Counted from the first letter of the stretch, positions 26,906-36,184 are shown. The stretch is 64,000 nucleotides of DNA from Elusimicrobiota bacterium (GCA_043820025.1 JBDRED010000034.1:10253-74252); one strand, 5' to 3'. Notes: generated by a model from the letters alone, not told the origin. Numbers and translations are program-made.

Positions 26906-28630
26906 TTGCATTCTTTGGCTCAAAATAATCCTACTAGTAAACATGATAAATTTTATTTATTTGTCCCTCTTATGCTTATCGCGGTTATACTCATATGTTA
27001 CACGCATACCTTAAAGTTTCCTTTTTTATGGGATGATGAAGTTATAATAGTTCAAAATCCTGCTGTGCAGGACGCTGATGCTGTTAGATATATTTTTAAG
27101 ACAACATTATTCGGCGGAAAAGCTGACCAGGGCACATTTTACAGGCCTCTTCATGTGCTTTCCTATATCATGGACTACAAAATATCCGCGCTAAACACAA
27201 TCAGCTATCATATTACAAATACAGCGCTCCATACAGGAATTGTATTGTTGATTTGGTTTTTACTTCAATTAGTCGGAATTAAGAAAAAAATAGCGTTCGT
27301 AACAGCCTTTATATTTGCTGCGCATCCTATTAATACTGAGGCAGTTATTTATATTTCTGACAGGGGCGACCTTCTATTTACATTTTTTTCTTTATGCAGT
27401 ATCTACTCATTTATTAAGGGTTCTTCAGGTAAAAAGATTGGTTATATTATTAGTGTAGTAACCTTTTTAATAGCTTTATTCTCAAAAGAGACAGCTGTTG
27501 TTGTGCCATTTATCCTCGCAGTATATTCGTGGATGTTTTTGCGAAAGAATAAGGATTTTCTCCGGAAGATTGTTTTATCTCTTCTAATCGCTATAGCTGT
27601 TGGCTACACATTTAAACAGATTGGGTATATCGGAGTATCATCTAAGACAACGCTTTCTTTAATAGCGCACGCGTCAATTTGGGAGCGAGTGTTAACATTT
27701 CCAAGAATAGTATTTACTTATATTGTTTTATTGGTTTTCCCGTATCACCTGCATATGGAATATATGTTTGTTGTTAGAAGTGCTGTGAGCGCGTATATTT
27801 GGCTTGGCGTTCCATTAATAATTTTTATAATTTATTTATTAATTAAATACGTTAAGCCGAGAAAAATAACGGTTTTTTTTCTTCTTTGGTTTTTTTTAGC
27901 GCTTGGGCCTTTTTATAATTTGGCGGTGGCTCTTGCGTCAACAGTTAGAGAACATTGGGTGTATTTCCCGAGCATTGGTTTTTTTACTGTTCTTACAACA
28001 GGCGGGTTTCAATTATATGAATCAATAAATAAGAAAATTTTAAAAAAAGTATTTCTGCTGTTAGTGGCGGCGCTTGGAATTTATTATGTTAGTTATACAA
28101 TAGTAAGAGGCAGAGACTGGAGCAGTCCCGGAAAACTATATCTGAATGATGTTAGATATGAGCCGCTGAGTTTTACGCTTCATAATAATGTCGGAGTAGA
28201 ATATTTTAGAAGCGGAAATTTGGAAGAGGCAAGTAAGGCGTTTTTAAAGGCTATTGATACTGCGCCAAACAAATCGTTTAATATGGCGTACACTAATTTA
28301 GGCGTGATTTACGAGAGAAGCGGCGAAAATGAAAAGGCTTTAGAGATGTATGAAAAAAGCGTTAATGTGTCTGACTCCCAGATTGGGTATAGTAATTTAG
28401 GCAATATGTATCTAAAGTTTGCAAGATATGATAACGCGATAAATGTGTTAAAAAACGCGGTTGAGTTATATCCTATAAGCCTGGAGTTGTTATATAAACT
28501 TGCTGCTGCCTATTATTTGAAAGGCGATCTTGTAAATGCCTATAATACATTCTTGCGGGTCGAGAAAATACAGGCAAATTACGAGCAGACAAGGACTGCG
28601 TTAAGTGAGATAGAGAGAATACTAAATTAG
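26906..28630 (+). CDS. Polytopic GT-C-type (PMT/ArnT/TMTC-like, DUF1736-like) glycosyltransferase fused to C-terminal TPR repeats
   Basis: About 11 predicted TM helices are present. The loop WDDEVIIVQNP...FYRPLHVLSYIMDY...HITNTALH is typical of TMTC-like proteins. The C-terminal ~170 aa are TPR (AYTNLGVIYERSGENEKALEMYEKS...). The start is uncertain: TTG 26906 is only 2 nt from AGGAG, and ATG 26972 is the alternative. Confidence 0.65.
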   Translation: MHSLAQNNPTSKHDKFYLFVPLMLIAVILICYTHTLKFPFLWDDEVIIVQNPAVQDADAVRYIFKTTLFGGKADQGTFYRPLHVLSYIMDYKISALNTISYHITNTALHTGIVLLIWFLLQLVGIKKKIAFVTAFIFAAHPINTEAVIYISDRGDLLFTFFSLCSIYSFIKGSSGKKIGYIISVVTFLIALFSKETAVVVPFILAVYSWMFLRKNKDFLRKIVLSLLIAIAVGYTFKQIGYIGVSSKTTLSLIAHASIWERVLTFPRIVFTYIVLLVFPYHLHMEYMFVVRSAVSAYIWLGVPLIIFIIYLLIKYVKPRKITVFFLLWFFLALGPFYNLAVALASTVREHWVYFPSIGFFTVLTTGGFQLYESINKKILKKVFLLLVAALGIYYVSYTIVRGRDWSSPGKLYLNDVRYEPLSFTLHNNVGVEYFRSGNLEEASKAFLKAIDTAPNKSFNMAYTNLGVIYERSGENEKALEMYEKSVNVSDSQIGYSNLGNMYLKFARYDNAINVLKNAVELYPISLELLYKLAAAYYLKGDLVNAYNTFLRVEKIQANYEQTRTALSEIERILN

Positions 28631-28737
28631 AATTAGAGGCCATTTTTAAATTTCGGAATAATATTTCTAGTAAAAATTTAACATAATAAAAAGAAAATAT
28701 ATTAAAATATTTGATCCGGTTTTCGATGGAGTATTAA

Positions 28738-30765
28738 ATGCTGACAATTACGAATTTAAAAGAGAAAGCAAAAGAATTTGGATATAGGATAGAGCTGCCT
28801 GTTTTTGAGAGAACGTCGGATGAGATTAGGGTAAATGCAGCTCATTCAATGAATGAGGCAGATAAGGAGCTGGATTCAATAGCTGCGCTTTGGGATGAGG
28901 ATTTGAGTTTTAAAAATACGATGGTAAGGCTTGATGATATTTTTTATAAGATAGGCAATGTGTATTCGAGAATTATCTTTATTATGAACACCAGTCCTTT
29001 AAAAGAACTAAGGGAAACTTGCGAAGAAATGATTTTAGAGCTTGAAAAATGGAGGATTAAAACAGAATATAGAGAGGATATATATGATAAAGTGAGTAAG
29101 TGTTCCGTAAAGATAAATAATTTGCATGGCGAAGATATCAGGCTGTATGATCATATTTTGGAACGGTATAAACGGCTTGGTTTTGGACTAGGAAAAGAAT
29201 CAAAGGATGAGATAAAAAAAATTAAACAAGAACTTTCCGCGCTTGAGACAAGTTTTGCGGCAAATATTCGCGAGGATACTATAAAAATCAAATTCTCTTC
29301 TGAAGAACTGAGCGGAGTGCCTGAGGATATGCTGAGCGAATTTACGCGTGATGATTCCGGCGAATATATCATTAATCCAAAATCAGCATCCATTGTGACA
29401 AAGATAATGCAGAACGCTAAGCCGGAAGAAACCAGAAAAAAGATTTATACAGCGCGGCTTAATGTGGCAAAGGATAAGAATATTGAAGTCCTGGATAATG
29501 CTGTGCGGCTAAGAGCGCGCTTGGCTAAACTATTGAAATATGAGTCATGGGCAGACTATAAATTAGATATAACAATGGCTAAAAAAAAGGAGACTGTTGA
29601 AAAGTTTATCTTTGGCTTGCGCGACAAATTAGATAATAAATTTAGAGATGAATTAAGCGTATTTGAAAATATGAAAAAAAATGACACCAAAGATGACAGT
29701 TCTAAAATATGCTCTTGGGACATAGCGTATTATGTTAATAAGCTCGTTAAGGAACGTTACAATATTGACCTTAACGAACTTCGCAAATATTTTGAGTATG
29801 ACAGAACGCTTAATGGTATGTTTAAAATTTTTGAAAAGGTGTTTGGGATAAAGATAAATGAGGTTGAGTGCAGTTATAAATGGGCGCAAGACATAAAATT
29901 ATACGCAATCTTGGATGGAATAAAGGATGAACCGCTTGGCCTGTTTTATCTGGATATGTTCCCTCGTGATGGGAAGTTTAATCATTTTGCCGAGTTTGGT
30001 TTATTTGGCGCAAAAAAAATCGGAGATAATATTTATCAAAGGCCTGTCGCGGCGCTCGTCTGTAATTTTGACAGGCCCGGCGCAGATACTCCGTCATTAC
30101 TAACGTACAGCCAGGTTGACACATTGTTTCATGAATTTGGGCATGTTCTGCACTCACTATTAACAAAAGCGAAGTATATAGAGCATTCCGGCACTAATGT
30201 TCCGATTGATTTTGTCGAGGTGCCTTCGCAGGTTCTGGAATACTGGATAGAGGACAAAGATATAATTAACAGCTTTGCTGTTGATTATAGAGATAAAACT
30301 AAAAAAATACCTGACAGCTTTTTGGACGCTATGAAGGAAATAAAAAAAATAAACATTGCTGCGCATTACAGAGCTCAAATGGCGTACAGTCTTATTGACA
30401 TAAATCTGCATTCAAAGCTGGATGAGAATCATAAAGAAGATCTAGTCAGATACACTAATAATATTTTAGAAAAAACATATATGGCATTACCGCTTGATAC
30501 GGCTTTTATCGCCGGGTTTGGGCATTTGATGGGCTATGACTCAGGGTATTACGGTTACGCTTGGGCTGATGTTATATCAGCGGATATAGCATTGCAGTTT
30601 AGCTCGAGTAAGCTTGGTTTTTTTAATAATAAATTAGGTATTAAGTTTAGAAAAGAAATTCTTGAACAAGGCGATGGCAGGCCTGTTGAAGAATCTTTGA
30701 GAGCGTTTTTAGGCAGAGAATACTCAATAGACTCATTTTTTAAAAAATGCGGGATAAGGGAGTGA
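28738..30765 (+). CDS. M3-family zinc metallo-oligopeptidase (thimet oligopeptidase/oligopeptidase A-like)
   Basis: The HEXXH zinc motif lies in TLFHEFGHVLHSLL, with a downstream EVPSQ, and the length is typical of M3. Confidence 0.88.
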   Translation: MLTITNLKEKAKEFGYRIELPVFERTSDEIRVNAAHSMNEADKELDSIAALWDEDLSFKNTMVRLDDIFYKIGNVYSRIIFIMNTSPLKELRETCEEMILELEKWRIKTEYREDIYDKVSKCSVKINNLHGEDIRLYDHILERYKRLGFGLGKESKDEIKKIKQELSALETSFAANIREDTIKIKFSSEELSGVPEDMLSEFTRDDSGEYIINPKSASIVTKIMQNAKPEETRKKIYTARLNVAKDKNIEVLDNAVRLRARLAKLLKYESWADYKLDITMAKKKETVEKFIFGLRDKLDNKFRDELSVFENMKKNDTKDDSSKICSWDIAYYVNKLVKERYNIDLNELRKYFEYDRTLNGMFKIFEKVFGIKINEVECSYKWAQDIKLYAILDGIKDEPLGLFYLDMFPRDGKFNHFAEFGLFGAKKIGDNIYQRPVAALVCNFDRPGADTPSLLTYSQVDTLFHEFGHVLHSLLTKAKYIEHSGTNVPIDFVEVPSQVLEYWIEDKDIINSFAVDYRDKTKKIPDSFLDAMKEIKKINIAAHYRAQMAYSLIDINLHSKLDENHKEDLVRYTNNILEKTYMALPLDTAFIAGFGHLMGYDSGYYGYAWADVISADIALQFSSSKLGFFNNKLGIKFRKEILEQGDGRPVEESLRAFLGREYSIDSFFKKCGIRE

Positions 30766-30770
30766 GTAGT

Positions 30771-31676
30771 ATGAAAAAAAATATTTTAGTATTTACTTTA
30801 ATATTTTTAAGCGGCTGCGGTCTTAAAAATTATCAGAAATCCACATTTTTAGGAGCTGCTGCAGGAGCTGCTGCATCAGCTGTAATAGTTAATGATTCAA
30901 AGAGGGTGGTTGAGGGCGCAGTAATAGGCGCTATGACAGGCGCTTTGATTGGCAGGGGAATAGCGTGTTTACTATTTAATTGCGGGGATGAGATAGAAAG
31001 ATTAAAACGTGAAGCGTATGAGCGAAGGCTTGCTGAAGAGCAGAGGCTTGCTGAAGAGCAGAGGCTTGCCGAAGAGCAGAGACTTGCAGAAGAACAGAGG
31101 CTTGCAGAAGAACAGAGGCTTGCCGAAGAGCAGAGACTTGCAGAAGAACAGAGGCTTGCCGAAGAGCAGAGGCTTGCTGAAGAGCAGAGGCTTGCCGAAG
31201 AGCAGAGGCTTACTGAAGAGCAGAGGCTTACTGAAGAGCAGAGGCTTGCCGAAGAGCAGAGACTTGCTGAATTGAAAAAAAGAGAGGAAATGCAAAGGGC
31301 TGCAGAGGAAATGTTGAAAGCTGATAATGACGCAAAGCTTGTTCTTGAAGGAATAAATTTTGAGTCAGACAGCGCAATATTAAGCGAGGATTCCGAGAAA
31401 ACGCTTGATGATGTTGCCGGCGTTGTGGTAAATGATAAGACAGGAGTTATTATTGAAATCACGGCGCATACAGATAGTATAGGCTCAGAGGAATATAATC
31501 TAAATCTTTCCCAGAAAAGAGCTGATTCGGTTATGAAATATTTAATGTCAAAGGGAGTAAATCAAGATAAGCTCAAAGCTAAGGGTATGGGAGAGAGCAG
31601 TCCGTCAGTTTTAAATGACACAGAGGAAGGCCGCGCTAAAAACCGCAGAATCGAGTTTAAGGTAATAAAGAATTAA
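30771..31676 (+). CDS. OmpA-domain lipoprotein with a glycine-zipper segment and a (RLAEEQ)n coiled-coil repeat spacer
   Basis: The lipobox is LIFLSGCG and the Gly-zipper is GAAAGAAASAV...GAVIGAMTGALIGRG. About 13.8 hexapeptide repeats follow. The C-terminal OmpA-like domain reads LEGINFESDSAIL...HTDSIGSEEYNLNLSQKRA...NRRIEFKV. ATG 30771 is preceded by AAGGGAG. Confidence 0.88.
   Translation: MKKNILVFTLIFLSGCGLKNYQKSTFLGAAAGAAASAVIVNDSKRVVEGAVIGAMTGALIGRGIACLLFNCGDEIERLKREAYERRLAEEQRLAEEQRLAEEQRLAEEQRLAEEQRLAEEQRLAEEQRLAEEQRLAEEQRLAEEQRLTEEQRLTEEQRLAEEQRLAELKKREEMQRAAEEMLKADNDAKLVLEGINFESDSAILSEDSEKTLDDVAGVVVNDKTGVIIEITAHTDSIGSEEYNLNLSQKRADSVMKYLMSKGVNQDKLKAKGMGESSPSVLNDTEEGRAKNRRIEFKVIKN
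31026..31274 (+). repeat. 18-bp in-frame tandem repeat, about 13.8 copies (AGGCTTGCTGAAGAGCAG and synonymous variants)
   Basis: Read directly from the sequence. It encodes RLAEEQ x10, RLTEEQ x2, RLAEEQ x1 and a partial RLAEL. The units differ mostly at synonymous positions. Confidence 0.95.
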
Positions 31677-31797
31677 TTGGTATACAGAAGGTCTTATGTT
31701 GTCAAAATAGCGATATTGATGTATTTGTTATAGGAGATATTAAATTCAAAGTTGTATCCTCGATATTATCAAAAGAAGAGTTTGCTTTGGAGCATTC

Positions 31798-31826
31798 TTG
31801 ACAATAAAATGGGATTTTGATATTCT
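31798..31826 (+). promoter_or_regulatory. Candidate promoter (TTGACA-17-TATTCT) for tRNA-Glu
   Basis: TTGACA lies at 31798-31803 and TATTCT at 31821-31826. The tRNA begins at 31840. Confidence 0.4.
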
Positions 31827-31839
31827 TACCTGCATTAAC

Positions 31840-31914
31840 GGCGCGTTCGTCTAGCCTGGTCTAGGACATTGCCCTCTCAAGGCAGAAACACGGGTTCAAA
31901 TCCCGTACGCGCTA
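31840..31914 (+). tRNA. tRNA-Glu (anticodon CTC)
   Basis: A cloverleaf was folded by hand: acceptor GGCGCGT/ACGCGCT (G1-U72), D-arm GTCT...GGAC, anticodon stem TTGCC/GGCAG with loop CTCTCAA (CTC at 31876-31878), T-arm ACGGG-TTCAAAT-CCCGT. The overall TTCGTCTAG...AGGACA pattern is typical of tRNA-Glu. Confidence 0.88.
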
Positions 31915-32051
31915 GAAAATTTAGACTTCTATTTGGCGTAAAAATCAAATCTAATTGAATAGTAGTATTAAACCGGGATTTGAACACATTACAAATTATC
32001 TAAATCATAAAACGTAATGTCGAATGTAGAGACCTGACCCCTAGAGGCTTT

Positions 32052-34067
32052 ATGGAAAAGTATAAATTAAAAACATCATTTCAGCCGGCCGGGGACCAGC
32101 CGCATGCAATTAAAGAGCTGGTACAAGGCGTTAAACAGGGCAATAACCATCAGGTTCTTTTGGGCGTAACAGGCTCAGGCAAAACATTTACAATAGCTAA
32201 TGTTATACAAGAATTAAATATGCCGTTGCTCGTTATCTCTCCTAATAAAACTCTTGCCGCGCAGTTATACGTTGAATTTAAGAATTTCTTTCCGGACAAT
32301 CCTGTTGAATATTTTATAAGCTATTATGATTATTATCAGCCTGAAGCGTACATTCCGCAGAGCGATACATATATTGAGAAAGACGCGGCTATTAATGAGA
32401 GAATAGAGAGGCTGAGGTTAAAGGCCACATCATCGCTTTTCGAGAAACAAAACAGCATAGTTGTTGCCAGCGTGTCCTGTATTTACGGACTTGGCAATCC
32501 CGAAGATTACAGCGGTATGGTGGTTAATGTTCGAAAGGGAGAGAAATTAGTTAGAGAGAATATTGTTAAAGCGCTGGTGCGGATACAGTATGAGCGTAAT
32601 GAAATGGCGTTTACGCAGGGAACATTCAGGTTTAAGGGAGAGGTATTGGATATTTATCCGGCGTATGAGGAATTTGCGATTCGCATTGAGATGGATGAAG
32701 ATAATATAAAAAATATTTGTATTTTTCATCCGATAAGCGGAGATATAATTAAACAGGTTGAGAAGATAACAATTTATCCTGCAAAACATTTTGTTATTAG
32801 CAGGCATAAGCTGGAGAGCGCTATCTCAGACATTGAAAAGGAGCTGGCTCTGCAGGTAGAAGTTTTTCAAAAACAGGATAAACTCGTTGAAGCTCAGCGC
32901 TTAAAACAGAGAACCGAGTTTGATATTGAAATGATGAGAGAGATAGGATATTGCAATGGTATTGAAAACTATTCAAGGCATCTTAGCTCTCGAGCAGAAG
33001 GAGAAAGGCCTTTCTGCCTTTTAGATTATTTTCCCAAACCATTTCTCGTCGCTATTGATGAATCGCATATAGCTGTGCCGCAGATAAGAGCAATGTATAA
33101 CGGAGACAGGGCGCGTAAAACTACGTTGATTGAACATGGATTCAGACTGCCTTCCAGCCTTGATAATAGGCCGCTTAAGTTTGAGGAGTTTGAAAAAATT
33201 GCGGGGCCTGTTATTTATGTATCGGCAACGCCGTCGGATTATGAGCTGAGTAAAGCGAACGGCGTGATAGTGGAGCAGATCATACGGCCAACAGGACTTG
33301 TTGATCCAAAGATAGAGGTAAGGCCTGTTAAAGGAATGATAGAGGATGTGTTTAATGAGATTAAGAATGTGGCTGGAAAAGGAGAGCGCGTGCTTATTAC
33401 AACGCTTACCAAAAGATTTTCAGAGGATTTGGCGCAGTATATGGAGGAACATAATTTTAGAGCGCGGTATATGCACTCAGGTATTGACGCTCTTGAGAGA
33501 GTTAAAATTATAACGGAGTTTAGGCAGGGAAAGTTTGACTGTTTAATAGGCATAAACTTATTACGGGAAGGGCTGGACCTGCCTGAGGTTTCATTGGTAG
33601 TTATTATGGACGCTGACAAGGAAGGGTTTTTGCGCTCGGATAAGTCTCTTATCCAGACATGCGGCCGAGCTGCGAGAAATATCAATGGCCGGATTATTAT
33701 GTACGCTGATACTGTTACAGGATCCATGGAAAGAGCTATTAGCGAGATGGAGCGCAGGCGGAATAAACAAAACGAGTACAATAAAAAACATGGAATTACG
33801 CCAAAAACAATTGTAAAATACATAGACCGTGAACTTTTGGAAGACGAAGATATAAAGAAAGAGTCCTTTAAGGTTGAGGAAAGGCTTATTGAATATGGAT
33901 CTACCAAGAAGGAAATAATAGCTCGTGTTGAAAAAGAAATGAAACAAGCTGCTGAAGACTGGGATTTTGAGCGCGCGGCTGAGCTGAGAGAAAGATTGTT
34001 TGAGCTTCAGGGCAAAAAGGGTAGAGACGGAGGCAGTAAAGGTGGCAGTAAAAAAAGACATAAGTAA
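32052..34067 (+). CDS. uvrB: Excinuclease ABC subunit B
   Basis: FQPAGDQPHAI, the Walker A motif GVTGSGKTFT, the helicase motifs and the C-terminal UVR domain (DWDFERAAELRERL) are all present. Confidence 0.96.
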   Translation: MEKYKLKTSFQPAGDQPHAIKELVQGVKQGNNHQVLLGVTGSGKTFTIANVIQELNMPLLVISPNKTLAAQLYVEFKNFFPDNPVEYFISYYDYYQPEAYIPQSDTYIEKDAAINERIERLRLKATSSLFEKQNSIVVASVSCIYGLGNPEDYSGMVVNVRKGEKLVRENIVKALVRIQYERNEMAFTQGTFRFKGEVLDIYPAYEEFAIRIEMDEDNIKNICIFHPISGDIIKQVEKITIYPAKHFVISRHKLESAISDIEKELALQVEVFQKQDKLVEAQRLKQRTEFDIEMMREIGYCNGIENYSRHLSSRAEGERPFCLLDYFPKPFLVAIDESHIAVPQIRAMYNGDRARKTTLIEHGFRLPSSLDNRPLKFEEFEKIAGPVIYVSATPSDYELSKANGVIVEQIIRPTGLVDPKIEVRPVKGMIEDVFNEIKNVAGKGERVLITTLTKRFSEDLAQYMEEHNFRARYMHSGIDALERVKIITEFRQGKFDCLIGINLLREGLDLPEVSLVVIMDADKEGFLRSDKSLIQTCGRAARNINGRIIMYADTVTGSMERAISEMERRRNKQNEYNKKHGITPKTIVKYIDRELLEDEDIKKESFKVEERLIEYGSTKKEIIARVEKEMKQAAEDWDFERAAELRERLFELQGKKGRDGGSKGGSKKRHK

Positions 34068-34980
34068 TAAAAAAGAGGTCAGGGATTTAATCTCTATCGC
34101 GCTTCAAGAGGATATTGGGCATGGCGATGTAACAAGCGCCAATACTATAAGAAACAATAAACAGGTTAAGGCTGAGTTGATTGTTAAGTCAGACGGCGTT
34201 ATATCCGGCATTAATATAATTCCAACAATTATAAATATCGCAAAACAAAGAAAGTATGTTTTAAAAAATATCACAGCTGAGTTTAATATAAAAGACGGCG
34301 AGCATGTTAAACAAAACACGGTTATAGGTTCTTTACACGGCGGCATTAAGGATGTTTTAGCGTTAGAGAGGACAATACTAAATTTTTTATCTCGAATGTC
34401 AGGAGTAGCCACTGAAACTTCGCGCATTTCCAAGCTGTTAAAAAAATCAAGAGCTTATGTTTATGATACCCGTAAAACTTTGCCGGGCTGGCGCGCGCCG
34501 GATAAATATGCTGTTTTGTGCGGCGGCGGCAGGAATCATAGATACGATCTTGGAGAATATTTATTGATTAAAGATAATCATTGGAGCGCTGATTGCGAGG
34601 GCGTTTTGGATTATCTTAAATCAGCTAAAAAGAAGAAGCCGGTTGAGGTTGAGATAGATAGTATGGGTATGTTAATGGAACCGGCTGTGTTAAACGCGGA
34701 TATAATAATGCTCGATAATTTTAAATTTAATGATATAAAAAAAGCGATAAAATATTTGAGGAATGAAGAGAAAAAACTTAATAAGAAAATAGAAATTGAG
34801 GTTTCAGGCGGAGTAAATATCGGACATGTAAAAAATTTGGCAAAGCTGGATATTGATAGAATATCAATAGGGCGTATAACGCATTCTGCTCCGGCTCTTG
34901 ATATATCATTGGAGATTCAGAGATCGAGAAAGTTAAGCGCAGGGACTGTTACTGAAAAGGGACCGTTCCCTCTGAGATGA
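34042..34980 (+). CDS. nadC: Nicotinate-nucleotide pyrophosphorylase (quinolinate phosphoribosyltransferase)
   Basis: ALQEDIGHGDVTS, ERTILNFLSRMSGVAT, TRKTLPGWR, LIKDNH and ISIGRITHSAPALDISLEI are typical NadC blocks. The start is either GTG 34042 (GGAGG 8 nt upstream) or ATG 34000. Either choice overlaps the uvrB 3' end. Confidence 0.88.
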   Translation: MAVKKDISNKKEVRDLISIALQEDIGHGDVTSANTIRNNKQVKAELIVKSDGVISGINIIPTIINIAKQRKYVLKNITAEFNIKDGEHVKQNTVIGSLHGGIKDVLALERTILNFLSRMSGVATETSRISKLLKKSRAYVYDTRKTLPGWRAPDKYAVLCGGGRNHRYDLGEYLLIKDNHWSADCEGVLDYLKSAKKKKPVEVEIDSMGMLMEPAVLNADIIMLDNFKFNDIKKAIKYLRNEEKKLNKKIEIEVSGGVNIGHVKNLAKLDIDRISIGRITHSAPALDISLEIQRSRKLSAGTVTEKGPFPLR

Positions 34981-34996
34981 GAGAGAGATTTAATTT

Positions 34997-36184
34997 ATGA
35001 AAACAAAAATAGTTTTAGGCAGTATATTTTTTACAGTATTTATTATGGCGCTTATATTTGGCTATAATATGACAAGAAAAGAGCGTATTAAGGAACCGTC
35101 AATAATTATTTCTTCAGGAACATTTAGTCAGGGCGAATCATTTTATTCTGTGCTAAAGAATGAAAATTTTAAGATTGAAGAGATGTATGCTGTTATTAAC
35201 ACACTGGCAAAAGAGGTATCAGCCAGGTCATTGCGTCCGGGCCATGAATACATAATTGAAAAATCAACATCAAATAATTTTTTATCATTTACATATCTTC
35301 CCGGAATAGTGGAATCCTATAAGGTTACTGTATCGAGTAAAGGCGTGTATAGCGTTGCAAAGATTGTTGAGGAATTGAAAAAGGAATATGTAGGTTTTAC
35401 CGGAGAGATAAAGAGCTCATTATATGAGGGAATGGTTTCTAATCCGAATGGCAGCGCGAGCCTTGCTGTAAAGTTTGCGGATATATTTGCATGGCAGATA
35501 GATTTCTTAACTGAGCCAAGAGAGGGGGATAAATTTAAGCTGGTATATGAAAGTATGAAATCTTCCAGAGGCCATGTTATAGAAGGACGTGTTGTTGCAG
35601 CGCAATATATAAGCAAAAGTAACACGGATACTGCTGTATACTTTAACGGAGCTGAGAACTATGACGGATATTATGACCTGAAAGGCCGGTCAATGTATAA
35701 GGCGTTCTTAAGGTCGCCAATGAACTACAGGCGTATAAGCTCATATTTTAGCAAGAGCCGAATGCATCCGATCTTAAAATACCGCAGGCCGCATCTGGGT
35801 ATTGATTATGCTGCGCCAAGAGGTACGCCTATTGTAACAATTGGTGATGGCAAGGTAATTTTTGTTGGACGTAATGGCGGATATGGAAAACAGGTTAAGA
35901 TAAGGCATAATTCTAATTATGAAACCTGGTACGCGCATCTTAATGGATATGCAAAAGGAGTTAAAACCGGCGCGCATGTTAAACAAGGCCAGGTTATTGG
36001 ATATTGCGGGTCAACAGGTATGGCAACAGGCCCGCATCTGGATTTTAGGATGAAAAAAAGTGGTAGTTTTGTCAATTTTCTGGCAATAAAGATACCTGCC
36101 GGAAAAACAATCCCTGCGAAATTTGCTGAGGAGTTTTCTGAAATAAAAAAGGATTTGCTCGCGAAACTGTATTTATTGACATAA
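34997..36184 (+). CDS. M23 family metallopeptidase (second copy, with a longer N-terminal region)
   Basis: It has an N-terminal TM anchor and the M23 blocks HLGIDYAAPRGTPI...WYAHL...GSTGMATGPHLDF. Confidence 0.88.
   Translation: MKTKIVLGSIFFTVFIMALIFGYNMTRKERIKEPSIIISSGTFSQGESFYSVLKNENFKIEEMYAVINTLAKEVSARSLRPGHEYIIEKSTSNNFLSFTYLPGIVESYKVTVSSKGVYSVAKIVEELKKEYVGFTGEIKSSLYEGMVSNPNGSASLAVKFADIFAWQIDFLTEPREGDKFKLVYESMKSSRGHVIEGRVVAAQYISKSNTDTAVYFNGAENYDGYYDLKGRSMYKAFLRSPMNYRRISSYFSKSRMHPILKYRRPHLGIDYAAPRGTPIVTIGDGKVIFVGRNGGYGKQVKIRHNSNYETWYAHLNGYAKGVKTGAHVKQGQVIGYCGSTGMATGPHLDFRMKKSGSFVNFLAIKIPAGKTIPAKFAEEFSEIKKDLLAKLYLLT

Noticed and set aside
30833-31462. Long antisense or out-of-frame ORFs across the OmpA repeat region (30833-31462 on -, 31002-31295 on -, 31009-31275 on +)
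   Set aside because: They are by-products of the 18-bp in-frame repeat. Their translations are monotonous (SASLCS..., KPLLF..., SRGLLK...). They lack an RBS, and the sense frame has a clear lipobox and OmpA domain.
33239-34061. Two long antisense ORFs inside uvrB (222 and 156 aa)
   Set aside because: uvrB on the + strand is unambiguous, and the antisense ORFs have no recognisable motifs or RBS.
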